A DNA stretch of 63,687 nucleotides, the filler included, from Octopus bimaculoides (taxonomy: Eukaryota), in assembly GCF_001194135.2 (NCBI RefSeq). It is 6 parts of 6 records of this genome, joined end to end, with 100 filler letters (N's around TTAATTAATTAA, not from the genome) between each part and the next. Parts side by side here need not be neighbours in the genome. Positions count along the whole stretch, not along the records: positions 41,380 to 51,922 come from NC_068991.1; positions 52,023 to 58,076 come from NC_068982.1; positions 58,177 to 61,772 come from NC_068994.1; positions 61,873 to 63,687 come from NW_026312271.1; 2 more parts are not named here. The stretch is one strand, 5' to 3'. The notes beneath the pieces are model-generated. The model saw only the letters and a program-made list of their open reading frames with translations. It did no database searches and was not told the origin of the DNA. A program made the translations under genes and the position numbers. Shown piece after piece: positions 49,764 to 63,687 of the stretch (its first letter is position 1; each line of letters starts with the position of its first letter).

Positions 49764-49809
49764 GTACAGACACACATAGATTGACACGTATAGGTATATT
49801 ATTGTATAT

Positions 49810-49840
<31 letters not shown>

Positions 49841-50929
49841 CGATTATGACGACGACCACGACGACCACGACGATGAGTGCGATGATGATGATGATGATGA
49901 TGATGAAAGCGGTCATGATGGTGCGAGGGTGATCACCTTAATAAAAACGAAACACTTTTTTCATTGGTTGATTTTTAAGCCAGCCAGCCAAACAGCCAGT
50001 CAGCCAGGCAGACAGCCAGGCAGCCAGGCAGACAGCCAGGCAGGCAGACAGACAGTTAGTTAATTCTGTTGTTATTCATTGTCGTCGAGGTTCTTTTTGC
50101 CGTTGTTATTGTTGTCTTTATTGTTATTTTTTTTATTTTGGTCTTTCTTGCCGCCATCTTCCGCGCCATATTTGTTGTCAAAACCGGTTTGGTTACCGCT
50201 AAAATCGCTGCTTGTCAAATACTTCATTGCGCCGGCGCAATTTGCATGCATGTAAGGCTGCAATAGCATTGCACAAACCTCACAAGCAATCAAAAATACA
50301 CATGCAATTGCATATTTTTGCATGATGTCACGGCAGACGCTTGATTGGAAGATTCATAAACGTGTGTGTGTGCATATATATATATATATATATANNNNNN
50401 NNNNNNNNNNNNNNNNNNNNNNNNNNNNNNNNNNNNNNNNNNNNNNNNNNNNNNNNNNNNNNNNNNNNNNNNNNNNNNNNNNNNNNNNNNTATATATATG
50501 TATATATATGTATGTATGCATGTATAATTACGTACATACATGCAGACAAACGGAGAAGCGAAGAGAAAACGGGTGTGTACACATAGGCATTCATAAACGT
50601 GTATGTGTGTGTGTGTGTGTATGCGTGTGTATATAAATATATATATATACACAAATATATATATACATATACATATATATATATATGCATGTATAAGTAC
50701 GTACGTACATGCAGACATACATAGAAGCGAAGAGGGAACGGGTGCGTACACATAGGCACACGTGCAATGAGACAGAATCACACACACAAACACACGCACA
50801 CACATACTCGCGTACATCTGTACACGCAACTATATTCATGAATGAAGCAAATGGATCCACACGATACGTGTGTATCTGCCTCATTTATGAACAGTTATAT
50901 GTGCCTCAATACATGCACGCATGCATGCA

Positions 50930-50976
<47 letters not shown>

Positions 50977-51219
50977 GTGTGTGTGTCTTTCACCTATACC
51001 ATCCAGACTATTGCATGTTTATATACACAATTGGTTCCAATGTGCTTCTAAATCTTTCTTGATTGCGACTTTCTTTTCTATCTTGGTGCAAGATTTCTAT
51101 GTATGTATGTATGTATGTATGTATTTATCTATCTATCTATCTATCTATCTCCTTCTTTCTCTTCTGTCTGTCTGTCTGTCTGTCTGTCCATTTGTCCATC
51201 TCTCTTTCTCTCTCTTTCT

Positions 51220-51332
<113 letters not shown>

Positions 51333-51698
51333 TGTGCGCACCAAAGAGAGATAGAATGAGTGAGAGAGAGACAGAAAGGGAGCATGCGTGCATATGTACG
51401 TATTTCTTGTCTCACTGGAGTCAAGATAAGGCAACTGCTGTGGCGATGACGGCTTTTGGGACAGAAACAAGTACTCACGTATTCCTTAATGACTTGCTAA
51501 TTCCAGAGAATTCTTAATTCTTGGGAATGTTATCGGCTTCTTTGACGGAGCGGAACGTAATTGCCCCTGAGTGACTATTTACTTCTCACGATCTGAAAAA
51601 GGTTTTAATAAATTAAAAATTCAAGTTTTATGTCTCTTCGTGTTGCTGTTCTAGTTCTTCCTATTGGCTTCTCTCTGATTTATTCGCCTTCATTTTTG

Positions 51699-51729
<31 letters not shown>

Positions 51730-52022
51730 CATACATACATACATACATACATACATGCATGCATACGTTCGTATGTACGTACATAATACATACATACACA
51801 CACATACATACATATGGCAGTAGAGAGACATCTATTTGCATAAATATATACATACATGAATTTATGCATACAAACACAAATATGCATATATTATATATGT
51901 GTATGTATGCATGCATGTATTTNNNNNNNNNNNNNNNNNNNNNNNNNNNNNNNNNNNNNNNNNNNNTTAATTAATTAANNNNNNNNNNNNNNNNNNNNNN
52001 NNNNNNNNNNNNNNNNNNNNNN

Positions 52023-52155
52023 CTTAGCGGTTCGGCAAAAGAGACCGATAGAATAAGTACTAGGCTTACAAAGAATAAGTCCTGGGGTCGATTTGCTCGA
52101 CTAAAGGCGGTGCTCCAGCATGGCAACAGTCAAATGACTGAAACAAGTAAAAGAG
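52023..52155 (+). mobile_element. SINE family B tail
   Basis: cttagcggttcggcaaaagagaccgatagaataagtactaggcttacaaagaataagtcctggggtcgatttgctcgactaaaggcggtgctccagcatggc. Confidence 0.8.
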
Positions 52156-52543
52156 TAATACAGTATGGTACTGTTTCGACTTCGCAGATTTTCGCCTGTC
52201 GCGGGAGTTTTGGAACGAAACAGCCGCGATAGTCGAGCTCTGGATGAGAATCATTGATGATTTCTATTTTTTGATGGAGGCAGTTGTTTTTGTCGAAATG
52301 GTGTCGTTGTATTTGCTTTCTGTTTAATTCTATATTTGAATGTGTGAACGTTTTTTATGTACACACACATACACACTCACACACACAGCCACACACACAC
52401 GTATGTATGCGTGTGTTCGTGCATGAATATATGCATGCATGTATGTATGTATGTATAGTCGTTTATGCGTATTTATCTACTTGTGTATGCATAAATGTGT
52501 TCGTGTGGTGTGTATATATGTGTGTGTTGATATACATGTGTTG

Positions 52544-52579
<36 letters not shown>

Positions 52580-53155
52580 GAAATATTATACACACAATGA
52601 TATAATAATATAGTATGCAATATTATATACATATGTTAATGTGTGTTGTGTTTGTGTGCTATATATATATATATATATATGGGTGGGTGTATCTGTGTGG
52701 TGTGTATCTGTGGGGGTGTGTGTATGTGTATATATGAATGTATATATGTGTGTATGTTTGATATACTGTGTGTATGTGTGTGTATATATAATGGATGTAT
52801 GCTTGTGTTTATGTATGCATATATAGCTGGAAAGTGGATTGGTGTGATCTACGCACAAAACGATGACATCAATCCATGATTCCGTGAAGTTTCAGATGGT
52901 AACATATGAAGAATACTTGCCGTTTCAACATATGTTGGTATGTCTCTAAACGTATACACATACATGTCTGTAAATACTTACATCTACGAGCGCGCGCGCA
53001 CACACACACATGCACACACACACACACACACATACACACACACATGTAGTCTTAGCTCATTACATGACATTACTACCAGAAGGGTTAAATTATTTTCATC
53101 TTAACTGCATTTTTTCCGAAAACTAATTTGAAAAATATATTCATTATGCTTGTGC

Positions 53156-53186
<31 letters not shown>

Positions 53187-53188
<2 letters not shown>

Positions 53189-53350
53189 CGGCCTTCTTTC
53201 AGTTTCCGTCTACCAAATCCACTCACAAGGCTTTGGTCGACCCGAGGTTATAATACAAGGCACTATCCCAATGTGTCACGCAGTGGAACTGAACCCGGAA
53301 CCATGTAGTTGGGAAGGAAGCTTTTTACCACCCAGCCACTCCTGCGCCTA
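53187..53350 (-). mobile_element. SINE family B head
   Basis: Reverse complement of the 26317 head (ggcgcaggagtggctggg...ggttcagttcc). Confidence 0.8.
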
Positions 53351-53779
53351 TATATATATATAATCTTTTTTACTATAGGTACAAGGCCTGAAATNNNNNN
53401 NNNNNNNNNNNNNNNNNNNNNNNNNNNNNNNNNNNNNNNNNNNNNNNNNNNNNNNNNNNNNNNNNNNNNNNNNNNNNNNNNNNNNNNNNNNNNNNNNNNN
53501 NNNNNNNNNNNNNNNNNNNNNNNNNNNNNNNNNNNNNNNNNNNNNNNNNNNNNNNNNNNNNNNNNNNNNNNNNNNNNNNNNNNNNNNNNNNNNNNNNNNN
53601 NNNNNNNNNNNNNNNNNNNNNNNNNNNNNNNNNNNNNNNNNNNNNNNNNNNNNNNNNNNNNNNNNNNNNNNNNNNNNNNNNNNNNNNNNNNNNNNNNNNN
53701 NNNNNNNNNNNNNNNNNNNNNNNNNNNNNNNNNNNNNNNNNNNNNNNNNNNNNNNNNNNNNNNNNNNNNNNNNNNNNNN

Positions 53780-53831
<52 letters not shown>

Positions 53832-54419
53832 TTTGACCTTAACCAGTTGAGCTTGCCCCTTAGTGGTTGACGATATTTTTGCCCGGATGCAGTACCAGGC
53901 ACTGGCTCTCATGGCTTCTGATCTTAGTTGATTGGAAGTGTTATCATGTACATTGTTTTGTCTTGGTATAAAAGATGGGCTACAGCAAATATTCTGCTCC
54001 ATACCACAGAGTTGCTTGTCAGTTGTTTGACCTTAACCAGTTGAGCATGTCCCTTGGTGGCTGACGATATGTGCATCTCTGATCATGAGCAGAAGTAGTG
54101 GGGGATCATCATAGCCATGTGTTGAGAGGAATTCTTTGGGGTTTGGAAACATGGGTGTTTTTCTCAACATCCTTAAACGAACCTTATTCAGGAACCTTTT
54201 GAGCGGGATGGGCTACTCGTCCTGAAGAAAATTCTAACTAGGCCCCACCTGCGAGGTCATACGCTGTTTATCTTGATATGAGATCACCATGTCGCGCACA
54301 TATGGTTGTGATGCATGTGCCTGGTGTACCCTTATCAGACGGGTAGTCATGATGGGTATAACAGGCTTCGTATATTTTACCCCAGTGTCACTTTGATGGC
54401 ATGCACAGCTCTCTCACTC
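53832..54419 (+). mobile_element. Unclassified ~590-bp retroelement-like insert flanked by (TAA)n on both sides
   Basis: (TAA)n at 53780-53831 and 54420-54452. Internal direct repeat tttgaccttaaccagttgagc...gacgatat at ~53832-53876 and ~54026-54070. Ends ...ctctctcactc|aataataat. Confidence 0.55.
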
Positions 54420-54454
<35 letters not shown>

Positions 54455-54785
54455 TGATTTCTTAAGTAATGCAGAAGATGGATTTGGAATTAATCTTCAT
54501 TTTGTAAAACGGTCGTTTCGACCTATCCTTCTACTATGGATGAGACTCCGTTCAACATGTGTTGCATCCGTTTTGCAGTCTGGGTCTCATCAGGTACATC
54601 AATACATAAAGTTGTGTCTCGCTAAAGATCCTGAGTTTTGGCTGCCATGTTGTTATATTCCCGTCTGGCTTGGGAAAGAAACACTGCTACAATTTTCATT
54701 TACTATTATATATGTGTATGTGTGTGTTTGTGTATATCTATCTATCCATCTATCTGTCTGTCTGTCCCGCTCGGTCACTCTGCCG

Positions 54786-54817
<32 letters not shown>

Positions 54818-54951
54818 TCGTCGGCAAAACTTGTGTCCGAGTTTGGTTCTTTTGGTGCCTCCATGATGCTTAAACCCAAACAAAATTACCCAGACGATTA
54901 ATGATATACGAAAACAAAATTGTAAAATATACAAATTAATGAGCGCGCGCG

Positions 54952-55033
<82 letters not shown>

Positions 55034-55132
55034 TTAAATGCTCAAGAGACTTTTGAAATACCTGATATGCATACCTACATGCTTACACATCTACATGCAT
55101 GCATACATGCTTACACACGTGTGTTTGAGTGA

Positions 55133-55167
<35 letters not shown>

Positions 55168-55649
55168 GTTGCGTATAAATGTCTACGCGTGATTGAATGC
55201 ATGTGTGTAAGAAGAAGAAGAAGAATGAGAAGGAGGAGAAGAAGAAGAAGAAGCAGGAGGAGAAGAAGAAGAAGGCGATGGGGATGATGATCCAATCTAA
55301 ATCCTTTTACCAAAATTTCATTCACACACACACAAATACACGCGTGCGCGCACATTTCCATTCAGTTTTCTTTCCGGTCGATATACAGTGTGTTCGTGTG
55401 TGTGCGTGTGTGTGTGTGCGTGTGTGTGTGAGTGTGTGTGTGAGTGAGTGTGAATGCGTATATCTGAATGCCTATGAGTGGGTATGTGTTTTTAGAGGTT
55501 ATCTGTGTGGCATAAATGGTTTGTGTGTACATGGAGGATGTTCCTGCGTGTGTATACACTACACACACACACACACGTATATCTTCATGTGTGTATTGGA
55601 AAAGTAAGAATAGTTTACTGTATAAGTACATAAAGTGATTATTTTGTAG

Positions 55650-55684
<35 letters not shown>

Positions 55685-55924
55685 GCTATAGGAAATGTGA
55701 ATAAGTATGTTGGTATATGAATGTACATAAGTCGGTATGTATGTATGTGTATTTATATGTATAATAGTAAACTGATATAATTTTACATGTTTGTGTAAAA
55801 AATTTCTAAGACCAGTCATGTGTGTGTGTGTGTGTGTGGTTTCTATCAGTTTGGTCTGTATGTGAATATGTAATTGTTCTTATATGTGTATTCGTTCGAC
55901 CGTTAATATATTTAAATGTGGGTT

Positions 55925-56105
55925 AAGGCGGCGGGCTGGCAGAATCGTTAGCACACCGCGCAAAAAAACTTAGCGGCTTTAATGTTTCTGAGTTCAGATT
56001 CCGCCGGGGTCGGCTATGTTAATAAAGTAAGTACCAGCTGAATAATGTGGTCGATCTTACCCATTCCGTTGAAATTGCTGGCCTTGTGCCAAAATTCGAA
56101 ATCAA
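55925..56105 (+). mobile_element. SINE family A
   Basis: ggcggcgggctggcagaatcgttagcac...gagttcagattccgcc...aagtaccagctg...gaaattgctggccttgtgccaaaattcgaa. Confidence 0.8.
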
Positions 56106-56148
56106 TAATTTGATATGGATGTGTGCTATATTTTATATTCTAATATGG

Positions 56149-56188
<40 letters not shown>

Positions 56189-56503
56189 GAAATGGGCATA
56201 GGTAAGTTCGTGTTCGCATGTGTATTTAAGTACGGATAGAATAGGATGTGCGTATGGGTACGTTTGTGAATATGTCTGTGTGTATGTGTGGTAATATTTC
56301 CTGCTTTGAGATGTGTGTGTATATATATATCTGTAAATGTATGAGAAATATGAATGCGGTTATGTTCATGCGTGAATATGTTTATGTGTATATGTATGCG
56401 TTAGAAATATGTACGCACATGTTTTTGTGTGTGAATGTTTGTGTATGTTAAATATGTGTGTGTGTGTGTGTATGTCTATTTGTGTGTTTTCGTACATACA
56501 TAC

Positions 56504-56583
<80 letters not shown>

Positions 56584-57054
56584 GGAAATGTAAGTGCGGA
56601 TATAGTTGTGCGAATGTATACGACTGTAAGTTAATGTATGTATCTCTGTTGTTCTAAATAAATGTGTGTGTGCGTGTGTTGTGAGTGTGTGTTCGCGTAT
56701 GTGTATGTCTATACGATATAGATACGTATGTATGTATATATGGGTGGATATGTACAGTTTGTATATATCTGCATATATATGTGTGTAGGTATGTGTATAT
56801 ATCTCACGTGTATGTGTGCGTCAGTGACAAGCCGTCCTTCAGTAAACACACGCACACACACATATAATACACACAAACACTACACACACGAACGTCAGAC
56901 CGAGCTTATCAGCTACCTTACATGTGTTACCAATGTGTTTGCCATATGATCAGCATCAGCTGAGATGTGAGCTGTACGAGCGGTCTTAATACATATCGCA
57001 TTATGTATGTCAGCAAACTCCGCGACGGATATGATTCTCAACATTGAGCACACG

Positions 57055-57094
<40 letters not shown>

Positions 57095-57553
57095 CATATT
57101 TGTACATACACACGTACGTAAACAAGAACAAATCTCTCTCTCTCTCTCTTTCTATCTATCTATCTACCTACCTACATTATCTATCTATCTATCTATTTAC
57201 TGTGATACACGATCCCTATTGATCGCTATTTTTGTTTCCTCCATCCTTTTTGATCGAACTCCCCCCTTTTTTCCTTCCTACGATTCCTTTTGATCGACAC
57301 CCCCTACTTTTTCCCCTTCCCCTCCCAAAAAGAAAAGTTCTACATTGTATTTGTCCCATCTTTGTTGAGCGCTGTGTGGCTAATAAAAGAAATGTATCTA
57401 TCTATCTATCTATCTATCTGTGAAGTTATACAAGTGACTCAAGAGCCTAGAGATTCGTGCTAGAGCACATTATTACATTNNNNNNNNNNATGTTCGAGTG
57501 TTACATACTTAGCGTTATATATTGAATAACTTTTCTCTCGTTTGTAAGGCAAG

Positions 57554-57608
<55 letters not shown>

Positions 57609-58033
57609 TAAACACACATGCATACACACACACACACTCTTATTCGGAGAGGGAGAAAAAGGGGAAAAGAGCAGCAGAATCGAGAGTGTATGTGTGTTTA
57701 TGTGTGTGTATGTATACGAGTGTGTGTGTGTATCTATCTATCTATCTATCTATTATACAGATATATATATGTACATATATAAATATATATATGAGTGTGT
57801 GCATGTGTGTGTATCTCTGTGTGTGTGAGCTAGTATGTACATGTACGTAGTGAGCATGCTCTCATATAGAGAGATACAGAAAACCTGATTGATAATAAAT
57901 CAATAACAATAAATAACAAGTAAATAACAATAAGTAAATAAGTAAATGGACAGACAGATAAATGTATGATGATTAAAGTTAATCGATAAGCATATCCACA
58001 TACATTACGATTTTACTCATTATAGTTTTAGCA

Positions 58034-58076
<43 letters not shown>

Positions 58077-58439
58077 NNNNNNNNNNNNNNNNNNNNNNNN
58101 NNNNNNNNNNNNNNNNNNNNTTAATTAATTAANNNNNNNNNNNNNNNNNNNNNNNNNNNNNNNNNNNNNNNNNNNNATATATATATACATATATAATACA
58201 GAATGGGAAAAGAACACAAAACATCCAGATAGACGATACAAAGAAAACACGGACAGGTCATTCGGAATGTTCTTTCTTCAGTCGAGATCCAGATTATCCT
58301 TGCAATTTCGGCTGGTTATTCTCGATATTGCTCCAATCTGGCCAGCCCCAAGGAAAAACTAAGCGAAGAGCATTAGATTCCTTGGAAGAAAGCAGCGAAT
58401 GTATACAGAGCATTGTAGTTCGTTTGAAGCATTGTAATA

Positions 58440-59200
58440 TCGAAGAAGGTAAAAAGAGAGAAAACAGACAGTTTCTGACAAGGCGGAAAGTTTAATAAAA
58501 CCTTTATATTTCAGGCGTAAAGGCCCATCTTCAGAATAACAGAACAGCATTAGAAAAGTCCAAATGTGTAGGTTCCACAAACCCATTTTTTTAATGGGTT
58601 AACGGAACCTACATATTTGGACTCTTTCCATATCGCTCTTTTATTCTGAAGATGGGCCTTTATATCTGAAGTTACACATGATATTATTATTTGTTCCTTT
58701 CTCTCCGTAGAGCTACTATTAGTGGTCCTCTTTTTTCTTCCTCCTGTAATCGTGCACTGATTTTCCTTATGCAAGAATTGTACCTTTAACTGTGTGATAT
58801 TGTTTGGGTCTCTTTTTGCTACTGATGGGTTTTTATTACCCCTATTTTCCACAATTCTGTCGTCATATACAGTATTATTAGCTGCGGTTGGTTCGTATTT
58901 CCCCAACTAGTTTTATTCTATTTAGTTTTATGTTATTTAGTTTGTGTATGCGATGCTCTAGATTGCGGTAGATTGCTTATGCTAATTTTACATTAAATCT
59001 GTTGATGATTTTGTAATATCTGGAAGATCTTGGTAAGTGTCTATCTAATGCTGTGAAAAGTTCCTGGCCTATTTTGGATTTCACTTAAGAATTGAAGATC
59101 GAGCTAAATAATTTCATCGGTTATTTTTCCATTTCTTTTAATATATCTATTGGGTTTATTAGTGTATTCTACTGCTTTGTAATCATTATTACTATCGGCG
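58440..59200 (-). mobile_element. Decayed Penelope-like element with a terminal hairpin of two HHR-like arms
   Basis: Minus ~59115-58975 reads II*LDLQF...KIGQELFTALDRHLPRSSRYYKIINRFNVKLA*, matching the PLE thumb motif IIWFNPPF...IG..F..L.D.HFP...RYHKIFNRN.VK.SYS. 58509-58577 and ~58603-58670 are inverted repeats, each with TTATT-CTGAAGA-TGGGCC. Confidence 0.7.
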
Positions 59201-59370
59201 TTTAACGCTGTGATTCGTTCTAACTTTGGTTGTGGTTTCGTGGGTCTGCTGTATATCTATCACTATTAGTATTATGGATTTTTCTTTCCGTTTTGGTCTC
59301 TATTATATCTATTATTTTTCTAAGTTCTGGTATTCTGCGGCTATTATATGATTATCACTACTATGTGTTT

Positions 59371-59405
<35 letters not shown>

Positions 59406-60550
59406 TATAAGATCCAAGGATCTAAGTAGGAAGTTTATAAGCTTCAAGCAGTCCGTGGTAGGTATCAAAAACAACGTCCAGGAGTTTCAGCGAGTTAACT
59501 TAGGATTCCGTAACGACAGTGTAACATTCATATAATTAAGGTATCTTCGGACCGACGTGTAGCTAGTTAAGTACCACTTGTTAAGTAATTATCACACCAG
59601 AGGAACTTCTAGCTAGAAAACATATGTAGTCTGGATTCTTAAGTTCTCCACTCCTTCAATATATTTGTGTGCGCGCGTGTGTGTGTGCTCATATGCACAG
59701 TCAACTCAATCAACTAAACTATCACGTCCATTGAATGAACGCGTATGTCACAATCACGAGTATTCTTAATGTAACTAGCTGGCCCTGTGCCGTCAAATAT
59801 TGTAGTATTTTATGTATAAATCTGGATGGTAAATCAAATTAATACACTCGTCAATGTTATCTAATGATTGTCTTTTGAGATGTTACGTCGATCATCGTTT
59901 GTTACTGAAAGCTGAACGCTGGTTCACACATACATTCACACACACACATATACTCACACAGAGCTGAAACGTTCCCACACCACCACTTTGCCATCACCCC
60001 TTCCTTCCTTATTTACCCTTCACCCCTTCCTTTCTCATTCATATGTTGTGACGAAGAAAAACACAAGAGTATTATCATAGCAGGAGATTCTCACTTGGAA
60101 CGAGCGTGACGCTGTGTGCGACAAGGCCGGACCTTCGAATTACAGGTACACCCTATAGGAAGAGCGCCTGTAAAGTTTTCATTTGCTTGTTTTCATTTGT
60201 AAAGCATAGGTCTAATAGCAGCTACTGAAAATAAACACTCGGCCAAGTGGGTAGACAGTGGAATCGAAATCGGAACAGCACGATTACGAAGAGAACATTT
60301 TGAAGGTTGGAACATACTGTACCTACCTACCTACCTACTTACATGCATACATATATACATACATACATACATACATGCATGCATACGAATAATTAAATAT
60401 GCATCTATGTGTGCATATGTAAGTATATGTGAGTGTGTATATCTATAAATGAATGTGTTTGTATGTATGTATTATAATATCTATCTATCTATTTATATAT
60501 GTGTGTGTGTGTGTGAGAACGAGTGTCAGGGGAATATATGCATATGTATA

Positions 60551-60611
<61 letters not shown>

Positions 60612-60923
60612 NNNNNNNNNNNNNNNNNNNNNNNNNNNNNNNNNNNNNNNNNNNNNNNNNNNNNNNNNNNNNNNNNNNNNNNNNNNNNNNNNNNNNNNNN
60701 NNNNNNNNNNNNNNNNNNNNNNNNNNNNNNNNNNNNNNNNNNNNNNNNNNNNNNNNNNNNNNNNNNNNNNNNNNNNNNNNNNNNNNNNNNNNNNNNNNNN
60801 NNNNNNNNNNNNNNNNNNNNNNNNNNNNNNNNNNNNNNNNNNNNNNNNNNNNNNNNNNNNNNNNNGTGTGTGTGTGTGTGTGTGTGTGTAAGTGAATAGT
60901 TAGAATATATATTTTATTTCCTT

Positions 60924-60968
<45 letters not shown>

Positions 60969-61489
60969 TTTCTACCTATCCACCTATCGTTTTTGTCCTC
61001 TCACACGCCACAATTTTCTTTTTGTGTCATTGTCCCAGCCACCTACTTTATTTCTTCGTCACTGTATTTCTTCCATTGCAAGTTTTTATCACTTGCCTTC
61101 AACTTGTGTTCCCATCCTATAGTTTACATAAAATTTAACAAGTATTATGCGTAGATCTTAGGAAATTTCTATAACGAAATTAGAAATAGCAAAATAATAA
61201 GGAAAAAAAATGTAATTTGAAATATATCCGACAAATCTGTTGTCATAATGACATGTAGTGTTAGTTTTGTATTTTCTTAATTATTATTTATCAAAAGGAA
61301 AAAAAAGGAAAGGAATGAATGAATAATATATATTTATGACATCATTTTATTTAAGAACCTTTTCAGATAAACAGCGTTAAAGTAACAAAAAAAAAAGCTA
61401 CAGAAAAAGAAAATACAAAACATACGCTCTCCCACTCTCTCTCTTTCTCTCTCTCTCACACACACACACATACACATATATATGAAGCC

Positions 61490-61620
61490 TACTTTTTGCA
61501 ACCACGCGGTTTCAGGTTCAATCCCACTACAAGACACCTTGGGCAAACGCCTCTTGCATAGTACCGAGCCGACCAATGCTTTGGGGTTGAAGTTGGTAGA
61601 CGTAAATTATGTGGAAGCCC
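61490..61620 (+). mobile_element. SINE family B head
   Basis: ggtttcaggttcaatcccactacaagacaccttgggcaaacg...gttggtagacgtaaa. Confidence 0.65.
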
Positions 61621-61658
61621 ATCTCCTATGTGTGTGTATATATATATATATATGTGTG

Positions 61659-61689
<31 letters not shown>

Positions 61690-61698
61690 TTCTGTATG

Positions 61699-61747
<49 letters not shown>

Positions 61748-62319
61748 ATATATATATATATATATATATATANNNNNNNNNNNNNNNNNNNNNNNNNNNN
61801 NNNNNNNNNNNNNNNNTTAATTAATTAANNNNNNNNNNNNNNNNNNNNNNNNNNNNNNNNNNNNNNNNNNNNCAAACGCATTACAGGCATACCACACACG
61901 AACTTGCTGAAGCATCGTCAGTCTCCTCGCCGCCATATTCTTCTTCTCGTAAGCATCATTTATCTATCCGTTCATTCGTCTATCCGCCCACACATTCTCG
62001 TTGCACTGCCAAGAAAATTATACGGAAGAACGTCAACAACGAGAAACAAAACAAGAACAAGAATAACAGAAACTGACAAAAGAAGAACCAAAACAAACAC
62101 ATAAACAATAGTTAAAAATCAAAATAAAAAATAAAAGACGACAGCAAAAGAGATGGTTATAGTTAGAAAAAATGAAAAATGAAAAAAAAAATAATAATAA
62201 AAGACAAACGATTTCAGAAAAGAAAGAAAAATAAGGAAAATAATAACAATGGTTTTTTTGTTTTATTTATTTCCTTTAGATTTTGCCCGTTTATTTATCG
62301 AAAAAAAAAATAGGAGCCA

Positions 62320-62511
62320 TCACCCGAAATATCATCGCTGGCATAATGGAGATGATCATTATTATTATTATGACCGTCATCATGATCATCATCATCGTCG
62401 TTATCATGGGCATCATCATTGTTCCCACCATCATCGCTATCATAATCAGCTCCGTCAGTCATCATCACCGCCGCCGCCACCATCCCCACTACCTCCACCA
62501 CCATCATCATT

Positions 62512-62551
<40 letters not shown>

Positions 62552-63030
62552 CCACCACCACCATTATCAACATCATCATTGTCACCAGCATCACCATCAC
62601 NNNNNNNNNNNNNNNNNNNNNNNNNNNNNNNNNNNNNNNNNNNNNNNNNNNNNNNNNNNNNNNNNNNNNNNNNNNNNNNNNNNNNNNNNNNNNNNNNNNN
62701 NNNNNNNNNNNNNNNNNNNNNNNNNNNNNNNNNNNNNNNNNNNNNNNNNNNNNNNNNNNNNNNNNNNNNNNNNNNNNNNNNNNNNNNNNNNNNNNNNNNN
62801 NNNNNNNNNNNNNNNNNNNNNNNNNNNNNNNNNNNNNNNNNNNNNNNNNNNNNNNNNNNNNNNNNNNNNNNNNNNNNNNNNNNNNNNNNNNNNNNNNNNN
62901 NNNNNNNNNNNNNNNNNNNNNNNNNNNNNNNNNNNNNNNNNNNNNNNNNNNNNNNNNNNNNNNNNNNNNNNNNNNNNNNNNNNNNNNNNNNNNNNNNNNN
63001 NNNNNNNNNNNNNNNNNNNNNNNNNNNNNC

Positions 63031-63076
<46 letters not shown>

Positions 63077-63600
63077 ACATCACCATCACCACCACCACTA
63101 CTACAATTACCACCAGCACCATCATCATCGTCATCATCATCATTATCATCATCATCATCATAATCATTACCACCACCATCACCGCCACCACTACCACATT
63201 CACCACCAGCACCATCATCATCATCAGCAGCAGCAGCATCATTATAATCATCATCATCATCATGATCAACAGCAACGACAACATCGTTAGCATCCTAATC
63301 CACCTCGCCCTCCGCATCCTTCGCCCTTAACCTGTCGTAATAACTGCTATGACCATCATTAAGACCGTCATTGTTACGACCATTATATTAAAATTCATGG
63401 AATTCATCACCAGATTTATAATCATATGTCATTAACCATAAAAAAAACAAACAAACATTACCGTCATCAGTGTCATCACTATCATCATCAGTATCATCAA
63501 CGGCGTCGTAGCTGTCATCATCAATCATCTTCATCGTCAACGTCATCCTCCTTCACCCCCCCCCCGTCCTCATCGTCATCGTCATCATCATCATCACCAT
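62320..63600 (+). repeat. Degenerate (CAT/CAC)n trinucleotide array around a gap
   Basis: Directly visible. The poly-His/Ser/Met ORFs are by-products of the repeat. Confidence 0.9.
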
Positions 63601-63687
63601 CATAGTTTTCATTGAATACAGGAAAACCTTCCGTAAAACAGTTTGCGACGTATAGAGACATACATACATACATACATCTACATACAT

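Noticed and set aside
58255-58295. Minus-strand CTGAAGA...GAAT hammerhead-like motif
   Set aside because: GAAA is not intact and stems I and III cannot be paired convincingly; too degenerate to call.
62249-63317. Long His-, Ser/Pro- and Met-rich ORFs
   Set aside because: Products of a (CAT/CAC)n array plus Ns; open in several frames on both strands, with no splice or domain evidence.

Overview
AT-rich, microsatellite-dense eukaryotic draft scaffold with many N gaps. The repeat landscape (tRNA-derived SINEs, RTE/Penelope relics, (AT)n/(GT)n/(ATCT)n tracts) suggests a coleoid cephalopod, probably Octopus; this is inference. Bases 1-~21,100 hold the 3' part of a + strand CLASP (CLIP-associating protein / Orbit-Mast) gene. 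Ten coding exons can be read with GT-AG boundaries (3307-18544), two expected segments are absent and most likely lie in N gaps, and a ~2.5-kb 3'UTR follows. The remaining ~42 kb has no recognisable gene; there are two weak phase-compatible minus-strand exon candidates at 34.9 kb and 30.2 kb. This part is filled with SINEs, a deleted mariner, a hAT MITE and Penelope-like element (PLE) relics. Four observations stand out. (i) Minimal type-I hammerhead-ribozyme (HHR) motifs recur at PLE termini in at least 5 sequence families; one PLE has a tRNA-like Pol III cassette between its GIY-YIG ORF and its HHR, and one family has a non-canonical CUGUUGA core. (ii) An 862-bp foldback element carries inward-facing TTAGGG tracts and an exact 8-bp target-site duplication. 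(iii) Inverted RTE tails bracket two CLASP exons. (iv) An R4/Dong-like endonuclease fragment sits in (TAA)n. No database searches or folding programs were run; all calls come from reading the sequence.
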